This document shows, piece by piece, positions 1-13,081 of a stretch of 64,000 nucleotides of DNA. Under the pieces are notes generated by a model, which saw only the letters and a list, made by a program, of their open reading frames with translations, ran no database searches and had not been told where the DNA came from. How positions within the stretch are numbered: the first letter of the stretch is position 1; the number at the start of each line of letters is the position of its first letter. Source of the stretch: Bugula neritina (taxonomy: Eukaryota; Animalia; Bryozoa); the NCBI GenBank assembly GCA_964035545.1, contig OZ037766.1:28813673-28877672 (forward strand), written 5' to 3'. Both the position numbers and the translations under genes were made by a program.

Positions 1-286
1 CACACATTGAACTTTCTGAAAATATCATAAAGTTATGGTTTCTAAAACTACCATAGAAGTTACCAATCATCTAGTATAGTACCATTACTGCTTTCGCTAT
101 ATCACTATTACCATGCACTACTACTGTCTGAACCATCACCAGTAACACGAGCAACAAACTAATGCACCACTACCACATCACTATAACCATGTACTATCGC
201 TACTGCTCATGCTACTATAACAGCTATAACTATGTATTAGACAGCTACACATAAATTGTTCAAACATGGTCTAAATATTTGATCAG

Positions 287-2641
287 GTGTTCGAGGAATT
301 AATGGGAAAGACGGAATAAATGGAAGAGATGGAAGAGATGGTGCAGCCGGTCTAAATGGCCGTGATGGTAAATAATAAAAACTATAAAATACTATTTTCT
401 GCATATTATATTGCTAAATATAGTATATTATGTGCAAATACATATGTTATAGTTTGTGCAGTAATGATCAAAATGAAGTAATAAGTGTTTATTTTTTAAA
501 AGCTATTTTACTAGATTCTATAAATATAAAAAATCTTTTTGTAAGTTGCATCAGTGGCAACATTTTGTTAATTTAATGTTTGCAATATGCATGTGCTATG
601 CTTTGAATAAACGAAATAAATAAATTATACTGCTCTAAAAATCAGCTCCAACATAAACTCTTTGCAAAATATACATTAGTTTGGCATTTGAATTGATTCT
701 GTTCTGCTACTGTAGTTTACAAGTATTTAAAACAGTTACAGTCACAGCTGTCAACATTACTTCAATTAAACAATAAAGTCGTGACGTTTTTCACAATAAA
801 CAAGAACTTACCTCTTGTAAAACTAGTCTTATTTATAGGTGCTTTCCCAAAGTTTGAACTTTTCTTACAGGCAGAGATGGAGTACCAGGTTCTCCAGGTG
901 CTCCTGGACTCAAAGGTGATAAAGGTTCATCAGGTCTAGCCGGACTTAGAGGAGAGAAAGGAGTACAAGGATCTCAAGGGAGACCTGGCATTGATGGGGA
1001 AAAGGGAGAACCTGGTGCTAATGGATTGGAAGGTGCTGTTGGAGCAAAAGGTACTAAAGGGGAAAGAGGAGATTTGGGTTCCAGGTCCAACTGTATAGTA
1101 GCCAGTTGGATATACTTGCCTATTAGAATTACTCTAACTGTACACATGCTAATTAGGTGTACATGCTCTGATAAATCTCCAAAGCATATTACACTGGCCT
1201 GCAATGCCTAATTTCAGGTCAAAGTTGCTTACCTTTTATATATAAATATGTTTGATAATGCAGGGTAGGAGCTTACAGGTTATTAGAGGTATTCATGTTT
1301 CTTATATCAACAGCTGTCAATTGCTAACTATATCCATAGTTAGATTTAATAAAAAGTACTAAAGTTACCACAAAGTTACCATTAATTATAAAATAAATTC
1401 CAGCAGTATTGACAATAAATACAGTAGGTACAGCATAAAAAGCCTGTTTAGGTTGCCCGATTTGTTGTCAACTTATTATTCTTATTTTATCTCATTAGGT
1501 TATTTATGGATAATGTCAGAAGCTTATTTAAATTGAATTGTTGTTATCACTGGAATTATGATCCCTGTCACTTTATCATAACTCTTTCGTAATAAAGGGT
1601 CTCAAGGAGTGAAAGGAGAAAAAGGAAACATTGGTAACACAGGAGCAACTGGTCTAAGAGGAGCAACTGGTGCTCGTGGAGTGCCAGGAACTAACTTTGA
1701 AGGAGGTGCTGTGTACACCAGATGGGGGAGGACTAATTGCAGTGCTGGTTCAACTAAACTTTACAAAGGTGTGCTAGTTATTAAATCATTTAACTTTAGA
1801 TAACAAAGTATATTTTAACAAATCTATAGTTGCTTGGTAAAAAAGCACAGCTTCGCGCAGTTGATGCAGTTATTCATTATATTCAGTATATTAGAATATT
1901 AATCTATATTGTTATATCAAATCTATTTGCTATCACAGGCTTTGTTGGAGGATCACACTATACCCACACTGGAGGTGGAGTGAACTATCAGTGTATGCCA
2001 ACTGATCCACAATATAACAGAGTGTACACTGGATCTTTTGCTGGTTCTTGGATTTATGGAACAGAATACCAATCTTATAGTTATGGAATATTCCCCAATT
2101 CAGCTTTTAACCAGAATGTACCATGTGCCAGATGTTATACAGAGAACAGACCAGCTCTTATGATGATTCCGGCTAAAAGATCTTGTCCATCTGGGTGGAC
2201 ACAGGAGTATGAAGGTATTTAACATTATAAAATAACTTTTTTAAACACGTCACTTTTAATTCTCACTAATATGGCATACACTATTTGTCTGCATAATATA
2301 CTGCTATATGGCATCCTTTTAATTTTTTTGAGACAAATCAAACAGAAATTTAACAAATAATTGAGAAATGGCTTGCTAAATGTGTTATAAGTTTAAAAGT
2401 CAATATAATACATTCAAGTTGTATTTCAGGTTACCTAATGACTGCTTATCACAGCCATGCTCACCCAACTACATATGAGTGTGTAGATCAGTATCCTGAG
2501 TATCTATCTGGACTGGCTGGCAGCACGAATGGAGCTTTGTTTTACTTTGTCAGTACTGATTGCTCTGGAGAGGGAACTACTGGACACTGTCCACCATATG
2601 ATGAGAAGAAACAGCTAACTTGTGTTGTTTGTTCTAAATAA
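287..2641 (+). CDS. Short-chain collagen C4/spongin-like gene, copy A (5' partial). Exons 287-367, 871-1050, 1598-1768, 1939-2214, 2430-2641
   Basis: AG/GT-bounded phase-1 exons join into uninterrupted Gly-X-Y (40 triplets) followed by [13 protein letters not shown]...NVPCARC...[14 protein letters not shown]...CVDQYPE...CPPY...LTCVVCSK*, the motif set of spongin short-chain collagen C-terminal domains. The exon 5 acceptor (AAG at 1595-1597) is inferred. Confidence 0.8.
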
Positions 2642-2972
2642 TTTGTGTCTAATCAGAAAAGACTTACTTATCCAACTAGTATTTAACTGCTACAATTTCT
2701 AACCTTTGATAACCTCTATCTGCAAAACTAACTTAAATTATTCAACAAGTGCAGGAAAAGCAATGCTAAAAAATTAATATAATGATATTTGAAAGATCAA
2801 TATATACATATTCACTTTTCTTGCTTAAATTAATATTTTATAAGCTTGTGGGATATTGAATATATAAATAAAATACACAAAAATTAAATATATACTTTAT
2901 TGATAAATTAATTTAGTTTTAGTGAATAGACATTTTTCAGAGGCCCCTGATATCCCCAAGTTTACAATTTAA

Positions 2973-3303
2973 AACATTCTTGTTAGTCATCTTTATAGTG
3001 AAATGCACATAAAATCAAAGTTTCCTACCCATTTATTAACATGTCAAATTGTTTGCCATCTTTATAGTGGATTGTACATAAAATCAAAGTTGCCCACCCA
3101 TTGTCTAACTTTCTTGTTCGGCATCTTTATAGTTAAATCTACACGAAATTGAAGTTGCCCACCTATTTTCAGAACTTTCTTGTTTGCCATTTTTATAGCA
3201 AAATGTACATAAACTTGAAATTGTCACCCTTTTCTGAACATTCTTGTTTGTCATCTTTATAGAGAAATGTACATAAAATTGAAGTTGCCCACCCATTTTC
3301 ACA
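2973..3303. repeat. ~65-bp degenerate tandem repeat x5
   Basis: Core CATCTTTATAG..AAATGTACATAAAATTGAAGTTGCCCACC recurs at ~2988, 3057, 3122, 3188, 3252. Confidence 0.85.
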
Positions 3304-4773
3304 AATGATTTTTAAACACTGCTTCATTTTACAACAGTTTATATACATTTGCATTGTATGTTTGTTGTTTCTAGTCAGTGTTCTTGTTGTTTGTGGGTGG
3401 CCACCATCTTACGGTAAAGAACAACAAGACCTTGAAGCTTTAAATATATATTTTGAGGAAAAGAATGAGCAGACTGAATTCAAAGTCTTCAGAAGCCTAT
3501 TGATTCTGTAACATTCAGCTGGACCTCAATTTTAGATGAATTTTAAAGCTTGATAAGAAGAGCTAAAATAATTTTAGATATCCAAAGTGCAAAGCTCACT
3601 GCTAATGTTCAGTTTTGAATAAAAAAAGCTTAGCGTCCTACAATGATAATTTGTTATATTACTTTTACCTGCTTATATACAGAAATGTACTTTTTGTTGA
3701 TTTTTACTTATAAATAGCCATGTTTTGAATCAAGATTTCAAAAATAGCTTTAATTTTCTGACTGGTTAAATTTTTGCTGTACATCTTATAATCATAGTAA
3801 AAAGCCTGGTTAGAAAGAGATTTTTTAGAAGCAGGCTAAAGAATTATTTGTGTGTGGCAAGAGCCATCATGACTGGGTGTTTTTTCCAACATCACCATGC
3901 AGTGGCTTTTACTGGGATTAGGACCCATGGGACTTTGTGTTTACTAAACCAAAACGCAAACCACGAGACTTGCATAACCGCATGTTCGTATACTGGAAGT
4001 TTATTATATTATTATATTATCTAGCTAATCACAATTATATAAGTATAACATACATATTATTCAATACCAGCTCATGTTATTTAGTTTTGATTCAGCAATT
4101 AGCAAAGAAATAAACACATCCAAGACAGTTTCTGATTTTTGTAGTGATTGGTAAAATATACCTATACCAAGTCAACTAGAAGTATAAGTTTACTAATGTA
4201 TAGCTCTACTGTAATAAAGATATGTTATTTCATAATAATGATAAATACTAAAACTTCTATGCCAAGCAATTCTAACAATGTGCCGCCATGCTATACTATA
4301 AATGAGAAGGAGTATAGAAAATATTCAACTGTAGATTTTGCTTAAGCTGAATACATAGCTAAGAATTTTTATTGACTTCCTTAATTTTGATTGGAAAAGA
4401 TTGAAAGACATCTAAGGCACATCAACTCATTGTATGAAAACATACAATATTAGCTAAACCAGATATTTTTTTAACTTCTCTTATTCCCTGTATTTATAAC
4501 CTATTGGGTTTATAACAGAAACAACTATTAAGATGATGTAAATGCAAATTTAAAGCACAAAATCTTAGAGTTATTTAAACATATTTACAACTATAGTATT
4601 ACTATAACATGCATGCATATATATATGTAAGTCTTTTCTGCCATTAACAATGCCAGTTGAAACTATTGGGAAGAGCTTTTAGCAAAGAGGTGGCAATGAA
4701 GTGCAGTATATTTCCATGATAGAGTATATTAGAAAACTGGTTAAGTTAGACTACAAAATATTATAGAGAAATC

Positions 4774-4829
4774 CTATAGAAGCAAAGCATACCTACAATT
4801 ATAATTGTAGGTATGCTTTGCTTCTATAG
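4774..4829. repeat. Perfect 56-bp spacerless palindrome
   Basis: CTATAGAAGCAAAGCATACCTACAATTA|TAATTGTAGGTATGCTTTGCTTCTATAG. Confidence 0.95.
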
Positions 4830-5295
4830 TTTCCATGAGTTAATATAAAAAAGAATAAAATGTTTCTATTATTCTGATAACAAACTTGTACTAAGAACTG
4901 ATGATTAAATCAGATAACACTGAATGTGACTGAATACTGATGATTATTAGTTATTCTATGAGCTGATAACATCAGGAAGTTAAGTTCTTTTTCCCAAAAT
5001 ATTTGTAGCTATAAGGAACTTCCTCTTTTATAGACCGAAATATTGAACGCAGAGTATAAAACGCCACATAAAAGTGTTTCAACACTGAGAGGTGTTATTC
5101 TACAACTGATGTTAATTATTCTGACTAAACCTTGAGTATATTATACAGATATTCATGGTACACAGTCTAAAGTTGAAGATGATAGGGTTAATGAAGATCC
5201 TCATAATTAAGAAAAAAGAACACACTATTCAGTTACAAAAGTTATAAGTAAATATTTGCAATGATGTGCTATTAGGTAATATAGCTAGTTTAGAC

Positions 5296-5651
5296 CAGGG
5301 CGATCCAACCTTTTCAGAGTAACCTCTACTGATATGGAATATTCCAGTGTGGAGGGCCACATTGTAAAATTTAGTTTATTGAGCTGAGAGAAAGGGCATG
5401 GTATTGGTACATTTAAATTGCTTTCTTCCAATCTCCTATGAATCATGACGTCAATGACGTCATAATTACTGCATATATATATGATGCGTGCATGTTTTGT
5501 AGTAATACATTTAAAAAGTAATTTTTTCACTCTAGTTTATATATGTGTGAAAGCTAATTTTATTTGTTAAATGTCATGCCTTTGAGGGCCACATAAATGT
5601 AGGCTGGGAGTCCATCTGGCCTTGCATGAGGCCACCTGTTGGACAGCCCTG
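5296..5651. mobile_element. hAT/Charlie-like MITE upstream of copy B
   Basis: CAGGG..TCCAAC / GTTGGACAGCCCTG TIRs; 8-bp flanks GTTTAGAC/TACTAGAC; internal GAGGGCCACAT repeats. Confidence 0.75.
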
Positions 5652-5957
5652 TACTAGACTAGTGATTGTTGCAAACCCAATCAGCCATTAACTTGTTAAC
5701 AGTCACTAAGCTACCAAAACTTCAATGGAATGCTGCAATACTAAAATATAATTTAGCCTTTAAATTTGATAAAAATAGAAAGACTACATTGTAATCTTCA
5801 AAAGCTAAAACAGCACAAAAACCAGTGACAATAAGAAGTATTGTATATACTAATGGAACAGCTGAAGATTTATTTTTAACTTTATTGACAAACTCAACAG
5901 AGTAGAGATATTGATTACACATGGACTATAGCTGCAGTCAATAGATGTGACTTGATC

Positions 5958-5980
5958 ATTGGCTCCTTGTAAATATAAAA
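5958..5980 (+). promoter_or_regulatory. Putative core promoter of copy B: inverted CCAAT (ATTGG) plus TATAAAA. Same motif at ~12903-12925, ~25500-25522, ~40107-40129, ~63334-63356
   Basis: CATTGGCTCCTTRTRAATATAAAAGTTGTA is conserved ~150-160 bp upstream of all five visible ATGs, including copy E whose surrounding sequence is more diverged. Confidence 0.6.
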
Positions 5981-6133
5981 GTTGTATCAATTCTGTTCAT
6001 AATCATAATAGGGTTGACAGCAGTTGATCGATGTCATGAAAGAAAACTCTAAGAATAAAAGATAGAGTTTTAAAGTGTTCATATAATTGCGCTTTGATTT
6101 CATAAAAGTTTTGTTAAAAGAACACCATAAAAA

Positions 6134-9100
6134 ATGCGTGTTCCAGTAGTTACTTTGGTCACACTCTGTTCTCTGATTGGATACTCAGCTGGTGTTGGAA
6201 GTTATAATGTAGAGGATGTCAGAGAGTTGCTGGCAGAGCAAAGAGAAGAGCTAAAAGAAGAACTGACTGTTATTCTTAAACAACAGAATGAGACTTATCA
6301 GCAAGAAATTACAGCTCTACGGCAACAGGTTGAAGCTTTACAGCTAAAAGATAAAGCTGTACAGCAAGAGTTAGAGCTTCAACAGAAAGCTAATGAAGAA
6401 CTGCAAGCAACAGTTTACTTTTTACTCAAAGCTGTAAGTTAGAAATATATCAGCTATAATATAGTTGTTTTCTGCAGTGCATGCATGAACTTTGCTAAAA
6501 TAAATGCAACTTTACATGGAGCAAAACAAAAATTTATTACACATATTCAGTAGCTGTTGGTTCAAATTAAAATTAAAAGCTTTAAAGCTACTGCTGTTTG
6601 AGTTTGCAATATCTGAAGAGCTGCATATACAATAATTTAATTATTGGAAACCGGAAAATTGTTAATAGCTCTGGTACTTACTCATTGCTATTAACTTATA
6701 TTTTAAGTTGCTCACTGGGGAGTTGCCTAAAGCAGAAAACTTTGGAGAGACAGATAAGGAAAAGTTTTCAAGTTTGCTGGAACAGATCTGCATATTTGGT
6801 GAGCAGTTAACTTGAATTACAAATATAACAAATTAACTTTGACTAAGATAAGTTATACTGTGGAGATATTTCAGAAGTGTAAATATACCAATCATTGTTG
6901 TTATGCTCATATTGATATTAAATTTGCAAACAATCAGTTATGGCTTCCCCCAATATTGCAGTTTATAAAATTTAAAGTACTGCATGCTTTCCAATTTTTT
7001 GGGTTTGTTTTTGGTTGCATGTTATTGAAGTTTAACCATGCACTTTAACATAACTAAGGTTTAAAAATAGCTACATCTTGCATTTTCTGTACAAAGCATG
7101 TTTTTTCATTGTTGTACTTGTAAGAAATGAAAAAGATAAAAATCAGAATTTTTTAATGAGTGTTAAAGTAACTATATACCACTGCTATATATTACTACAT
7201 GCTACTACTACCACTTTAACCACCACTATACCATGCACTACTACCACTACTACCACTACTACCACCATTACCACTACCACCACTACCACCACTACCACCA
7301 CCATACTACCACTACTACCACCATCATATACCACTACTACCACCATCATCACTCATCACTACTATTAGTTTTATTGCTATAACTACTGCTGCTATTGCTG
7401 CTGCTACTGCAACTGCTACTACTATACTAGTATTACTATTACTACTACTGTTAGTGCTACTACTACTGCTATTACTACTGCAACTATTACTACTATTACT
7501 GTTGCTGCTGCTAGCGCTACTACTACTAATACCGGTGCTGCTGCATGAGTGTTATACAGCTACTTCACCTATAGTTGAAAAATTGACCAGTTAAGACACT
7601 TGATCAGGTGTTCGGGGCATTGATGGGAAAGATGGAAAAGATGGAAGTGATGGGATAAATGGAAGAGATGGGAGAGATGGTAGTGATGGAAAAGATGGTA
7701 GTGATGGAAGAGATGGGGCAGCTGGTTTAAATGGCCGTGATGGTGAGAAATAACAAAAACAAGGCTATTTTATGCATTTACTATAATATTGCTCAATTTA
7801 CAGTGCATGTGTGCATATAAAATTATGCAAATATATTGTTTCAATTAGTGCATCTTTAAAAAAACTATTAAGTACTAGTTATAATTTAAAACGTAATTAC
7901 CCAATTCTCATCACTGACTGTATTCTGCTAACAATTGATAACTGCTGTGAAAAGTTTTTGCCTTACTTTGAAGAAATGAAAGTTTCTTTCATTTGAACAG
8001 AAGTTACACAAAATCAAAAAGAAGTTATACATAAAATAATAAATTAAATAAAATAATGCACGAAGAGTTTTCCCCAGAAGTAATTTCTTACTGAATATTT
8101 CTGCATAGAAGTTTACCCTGTACTACTATTTGAGTTCACTATAAGTTTTTGCAATCATAGCTGTCTACAATACTTTTAATGTGCTAAAAACTCACCCAAG
8201 TATTTAGCTTAGCATTTATTAATGACAATGTTTTAATGTTGCAAAGCAAAGACTATAAATAGTTTTGAAAAAAAGAATTGACATGAAATTTTGCTACAGG
8301 CAGAGATGGAGCACCAGGTTCTCCAGGTGCTCCTGGATTGAAAGGTGCTCTTGGACCAAAAGGAGAACCAGGTAAATTAAAGAATCACTAAAAAAGTTAA
8401 TGAAGGATTATATTCGAGAAATTCCAGTGTGCCATTATATTACATAATGTTTAAGTTTCATCTTACAGGGTTGAAAGGAAATCAGGGATTTAAAGGGTCT
8501 CAAGGAGTGGAAGGAGAAAAAGGAAACACTGGTAACACAGGAGCAACTGGTCTAAGAGGAGCAACTGGTGCTCATGGAGTACCAGGAACTAATTTTGAAG
8601 GAGGTGCTGTGTACACCAGATGGGGGAGGACTAATTGCAGTGCTGGCTCAACTAGACTTTACAAAGGTGTGTACGTCAGTTATTGAATCATTTAACTTTA
8701 AATAACAAAGTATATTTTAACAAATTTATATAGTTGCTTGGTAAAAAAGCACAGCTTCAGTTGATGCAGTTATCCATTATATACAGTATATTAGAGTATA
8801 TATCTATATTATTATATCGAATCTATTTGGTATCACAGGGTTTGCTGGAGGATCACATTACACCCACAGTGGAGGTGGAGTGAACTATCAGTGTATGCCA
8901 ACTGACTCGCAGTATAACAGAGTGAACACTGGGTCTTTTTATGGCTCTTCAATTTACGGAACAGAATATCAATCTTTTAGTTATGGAATATTCCCCAATT
9001 CAGCTTATAACCAGAATGTACCATGTGCCAGATGTTATACAGAGAACAGACCAGCTCTTATGATGATTCCAGCTAAGAGATCTTGTCCATCTGAGTGGAC

Positions 9101-9529
9101 TAAGGAGTATGAAGGTAATTCATAGCATAAACACAATTTCTTTGAATTATTCGTGCAGTGACGTTTTTAAGATATGTGACTCAATTGTTACGATAAAAAT
9201 GGAATTTTCTTCAATTTTTTATAAAAATCCCATAAACTTTAAATAATTAAAAATATCTAATAATATAAACGTTTTATTTTAAAAAACAATATGATTGCCT
9301 TCAAATTTTATTTTCAGGTTACCTAATGGCTGATCGTAGTAACCATGCCCGAGCGGGTACATATGAGTGTGTAGATCAGTATCCTGAGTACATCACAGGA
9401 CTGAGTGGTGACACAAATGGAGCTCTGTTCTACTTTGTCAGAACTGATTGCTCTGGAGATGGAACTACTGGACATTGTCCACCATATCACGCAAACAAAC
9501 AGCTTACTTGTGTTGTTTGTTCTAAATAG
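6134..9529 (+). CDS. Short-chain collagen C4/spongin-like gene, copy B, ~427 aa. Exons 6134-6433, 6708-6798, 7608-7742, 8300-8371, 8469-8666, 8839-9114, 9318-9529
   Basis: ATG plus hydrophobic signal peptide ([20 protein letters not shown]), Glu/Gln/Leu heptads, 37 Gly-X-Y triplets and Cys-rich C-terminal domain. All introns are GT-AG; exon lengths sum to 1284 nt in frame with no internal stops. Confidence 0.85.
7192..7545. repeat. (ACT/ACC/GCT)n compound microsatellite, intron 2 of copy B
   Basis: Read directly; same position in all copies. Confidence 0.9.
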
Positions 9530-12210
9530 TTTGCTTCAACAAAATTCTTATCAAAAACTGCTAGAGCTATATATATGATATTCTCTAACCTAAGATAACA
9601 TGATGTGCTTTACTGACCTAAAATTACTAATTGCAATATATAAACAGAAATCTTTAATGAAAATTATATGTTCTAAATACAAGAAAATTAAAAACCCATG
9701 TTACTGATTTCTATTGACTAGGTAAAAGGAAAGAACATATATATATGAAACATTAGTTTAATGACTCACAGAGTTCCTATATATTTCTGCAAACTAAATG
9801 AATAATCCTTCATAATGTAAACAGAGCAGCACATGCATGTGATAAGTGATGTCAAAGAAAGGGGTCTCTGTGAATTATTTACTTTAGACTTTCCAGCTTT
9901 TATTGTTTATAGGCTCATGTTTCAAATCTGAAAAAGCTGCCAAAGGTAACATTTTGCTTTTTTATCACTTCAAAAAACCTGCAACATTTTTTCATTATAG
10001 CCAGCTGGGTTCAGTGAATTGCTAGGCTCGTAATCAACCAAATGTAAGATATAATAACTATATTTGAGTGGTGCATTCGTTATTGTCTGAAACTGAAAGT
10101 TGGTAAGCTAATAACTAACAATGTCTTTTTGTGATTGTATTTAATAGTGACAAGTAGTAGCTATAGTTGAAAATTGCAGACACTGTTACTTCTAAATATA
10201 CGTACAGGTACATCTAATAAATACTTCACTCAATATTAATATGTCCTTACTCTCAAAATCTATATTTGCTTCAACTACATGTCCTAGTGCAAACATTTAT
10301 TTTTTTGGAGTTTCATTTCAAACAGCTTCTTAGGTATATTATGAAACAAAAATTGAAGACATAAAAGCAAAGCATACCTAAACTCAATAAGCTAATATAA
10401 AAGAATAAAATATTTCTATTATTCTGAAAATAAACTTGTACTCAGAACTGATGATTAAATCAGATAACATTCAATTGAATAATATGTTTCTACTCTAAGA
10501 AGAAAAACTATTTGCATTAACTACAATGTATTTTTATATGTAAAAAGTTACTTCCAAAGACAAAGTAAAATGAAAAGCATACCTAAAATAAATATGCATG
10601 CGTTTATATAAAAAGAATACCTGGAGTTCGTTTGCATGAGTTTATTTAAAAAGAATAAAATATTTCTATTATTCTGATAATAAACTGATGGTTGAATCAA
10701 ATAACACTGAATGTGACTGAATACTGATGATTATTAGTTATTCTATGAGCTGATATGAACTAGGAACTTTCTTCTTAAACTGAATACCTCAATATACAGG
10801 CTAATAGAAACACCTGGATGTATGTGTTGTATATACACTGTAATCAATATATTATGCAATATTCAAATATTATATTTGTAAAGATACATGTAGTCTAATA
10901 AAAACACCTGGTTGTATTTTTTATACATTTCTTCATTATTGCAAGAAAAATAAAGTTTCATGTAAGCAAAAATATTATAGAATGTTGATTTTTTCCACAA
11001 CAAATTTCTAAGAATTTTATTTTTAGTAATTATAGTAAACAATAACACTGTAGTGATAGTAAACAGTAGCAATTAGTGACAGTAATAAATAACAATTTAA
11101 TTAGTGACAATGAGCATTAACAATGATATATAGTAAGCACAGAGAAGTGTGGTGAAAGTAAACAATAACATAGTAGTGATAATAAATACAACAATGTACT
11201 GATAGTGAACCACATTAATATATAGTGAAAATAAACAAAATTGATGTAATGATAGTAAACAATAACAAGAGAGTGAGAGTAAACAATAACAAGATAGTGA
11301 TGGTGTGATAAATTTTGGGCTATCTACGTGAATATATTAGCTAAACAAGATGTTTGTTACATTTCTCTTTCCCTGCATCTACTTATATTGAGTTTATAAC
11401 AGAAGCAACTTTCATGCTGATGTATAAGTACAAATTTATAGCGCAAAACTTTGGAACTATTTGAACATTTACTACTATAATATTGCTACTAAATGCATGC
11501 GTATATACATGCAAGTATTTTCTGCCAATAACAATGCCAGTTGAACTTATTGGGGAGAGCTTTTAGCAAAGAGTAGCAATGAAGTGCAGTATATTTCCAT
11601 GATAAAGTGTTAGAAAACTGGTTAACTTACTATATAATATATTATAGAGAAATCCTATAGAAGTAAAGCATACCTAAAATTAGTTTACATGAGTTAATAT
11701 AAAAAGAATAAAATATTCCTATTATTCTGATAATAAACTTGTACTCAGAACTGATGATTAAATCAGATAACATTGAATGTGACTGAATACTGATGATTAT
11801 TAGTTATTCTATGAGCTGATAACATCAGGAAGTTAAGTTCTCTTTTCCAAAATATAGGAACTTCCTCTTTAGACAGAAATTGAACACAGAGTATAAAACA
11901 ATACATAAAAGTGTTTTCCACCCTGAGAGATGTTATTCTACAACCAAACTTTGAGTATAGTAACGTACAGCTATTTATGGTACACATGCAGTCTAAAATT
12001 GAAGTTGGTAGCTAGGGTTAATGGGGATCCTCATAATTAAGAAAAAGAAAAAAACTATTCAATTGTAAGAGTTAGTAAATATGTGTAATGATGATTACAA
12101 TTCCAATTAGGAAGTAGCTAGCTTAGACCAGCGAGGGATCAGCCTTGGTTTAGGGGTTTCTCACAGAGATATATAAGCAACTATAAACTTGTGTGTATTT
12201 TAGTCTAAGC

Positions 12211-12600
12211 CAGGGGTGTCCAATCTTTTCAGAGCAAGGTCTACTGAAATGGAATATTCCCGTGGTGAAGGCCACATTGTAAAAATTAGCTTGATCTGGG
12301 GGTTCATGGTATAATTAGCATAATTTAAGTTGCTTTTTCCAATTTCCTATGAGTCATGACATCAATGATAACTGTCTCATATCAATGTCAATGATGTCCC
12401 ACTAACTACATGCATGCTGCATGTTTTGTAGCATTTATATAAGTAAGACATTTAAAAGGTAATTTTTCCACTCTAGTTCATATATATATATATGTGTGAA
12501 AACTGATTTTATTTGTTAAATTTCATGCCTTTGAAGGCCACATAAATGTAGGCTGGGAGTCCATCTGGCCCTGCATGAGGCCGCCTGTTGGACAGCCCTG
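12211..12600. mobile_element. hAT/Charlie-like MITE upstream of copy C
   Basis: CAGGGGTGTCCAA / TTGGACAGCCCTG TIRs; homologous to 5296-5651. Confidence 0.75.
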
Positions 12601-13081
12601 TACTAGACAGCCTTGTATTAGACTAATGATTGTTGCAAATCCAATCAGTCAATAAGTTGCTAACAATTATACTTCAATGGAGGGCTGTAATGCTAAAACA
12701 TAATTTAGCTTTCAAATTTGATAAAAATAAAAAGATACATTGTAGTCTTCAAAAGCTAAAACAGCACGAAAACTAGTGACAATAAGAAGTATTGTATATA
12801 CTAATATAAAAGAAGACTTATTCTAACTTTATTAACAAACTGAATAGAGTAGAGAGATTAATTACACATGGACTAGCTGCAGCTAATAGATGTGACTTGA
12901 TCATTGGCTCCTTGTAAATATAAAAGTTGTATCAATTCTGTTTATAGTCATAACAAGGTAGACATCGGCTGATAGATGCTATCAAAGAAGACTCTAAGAA
13001 TAAAGTAAATTAGAAAGTTTTAAAGTGTTCATAATTGTGCTTTGATTTTATAAAAGTTTTGTTAAAAGAACACCATAAAAA

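Noticed and set aside
2973-3303. Possible CRISPR-like array
   Set aside because: Whole units are degenerate copies of one another with no unique spacers; eukaryotic context and no cas genes.
9914-10049. Mini-exon-like AG...GT segments in the 3' flank shared by copies B, D and E
   Set aside because: Stops in all frames and splice signals not consistently kept in the paralogs; unsupported without transcripts.
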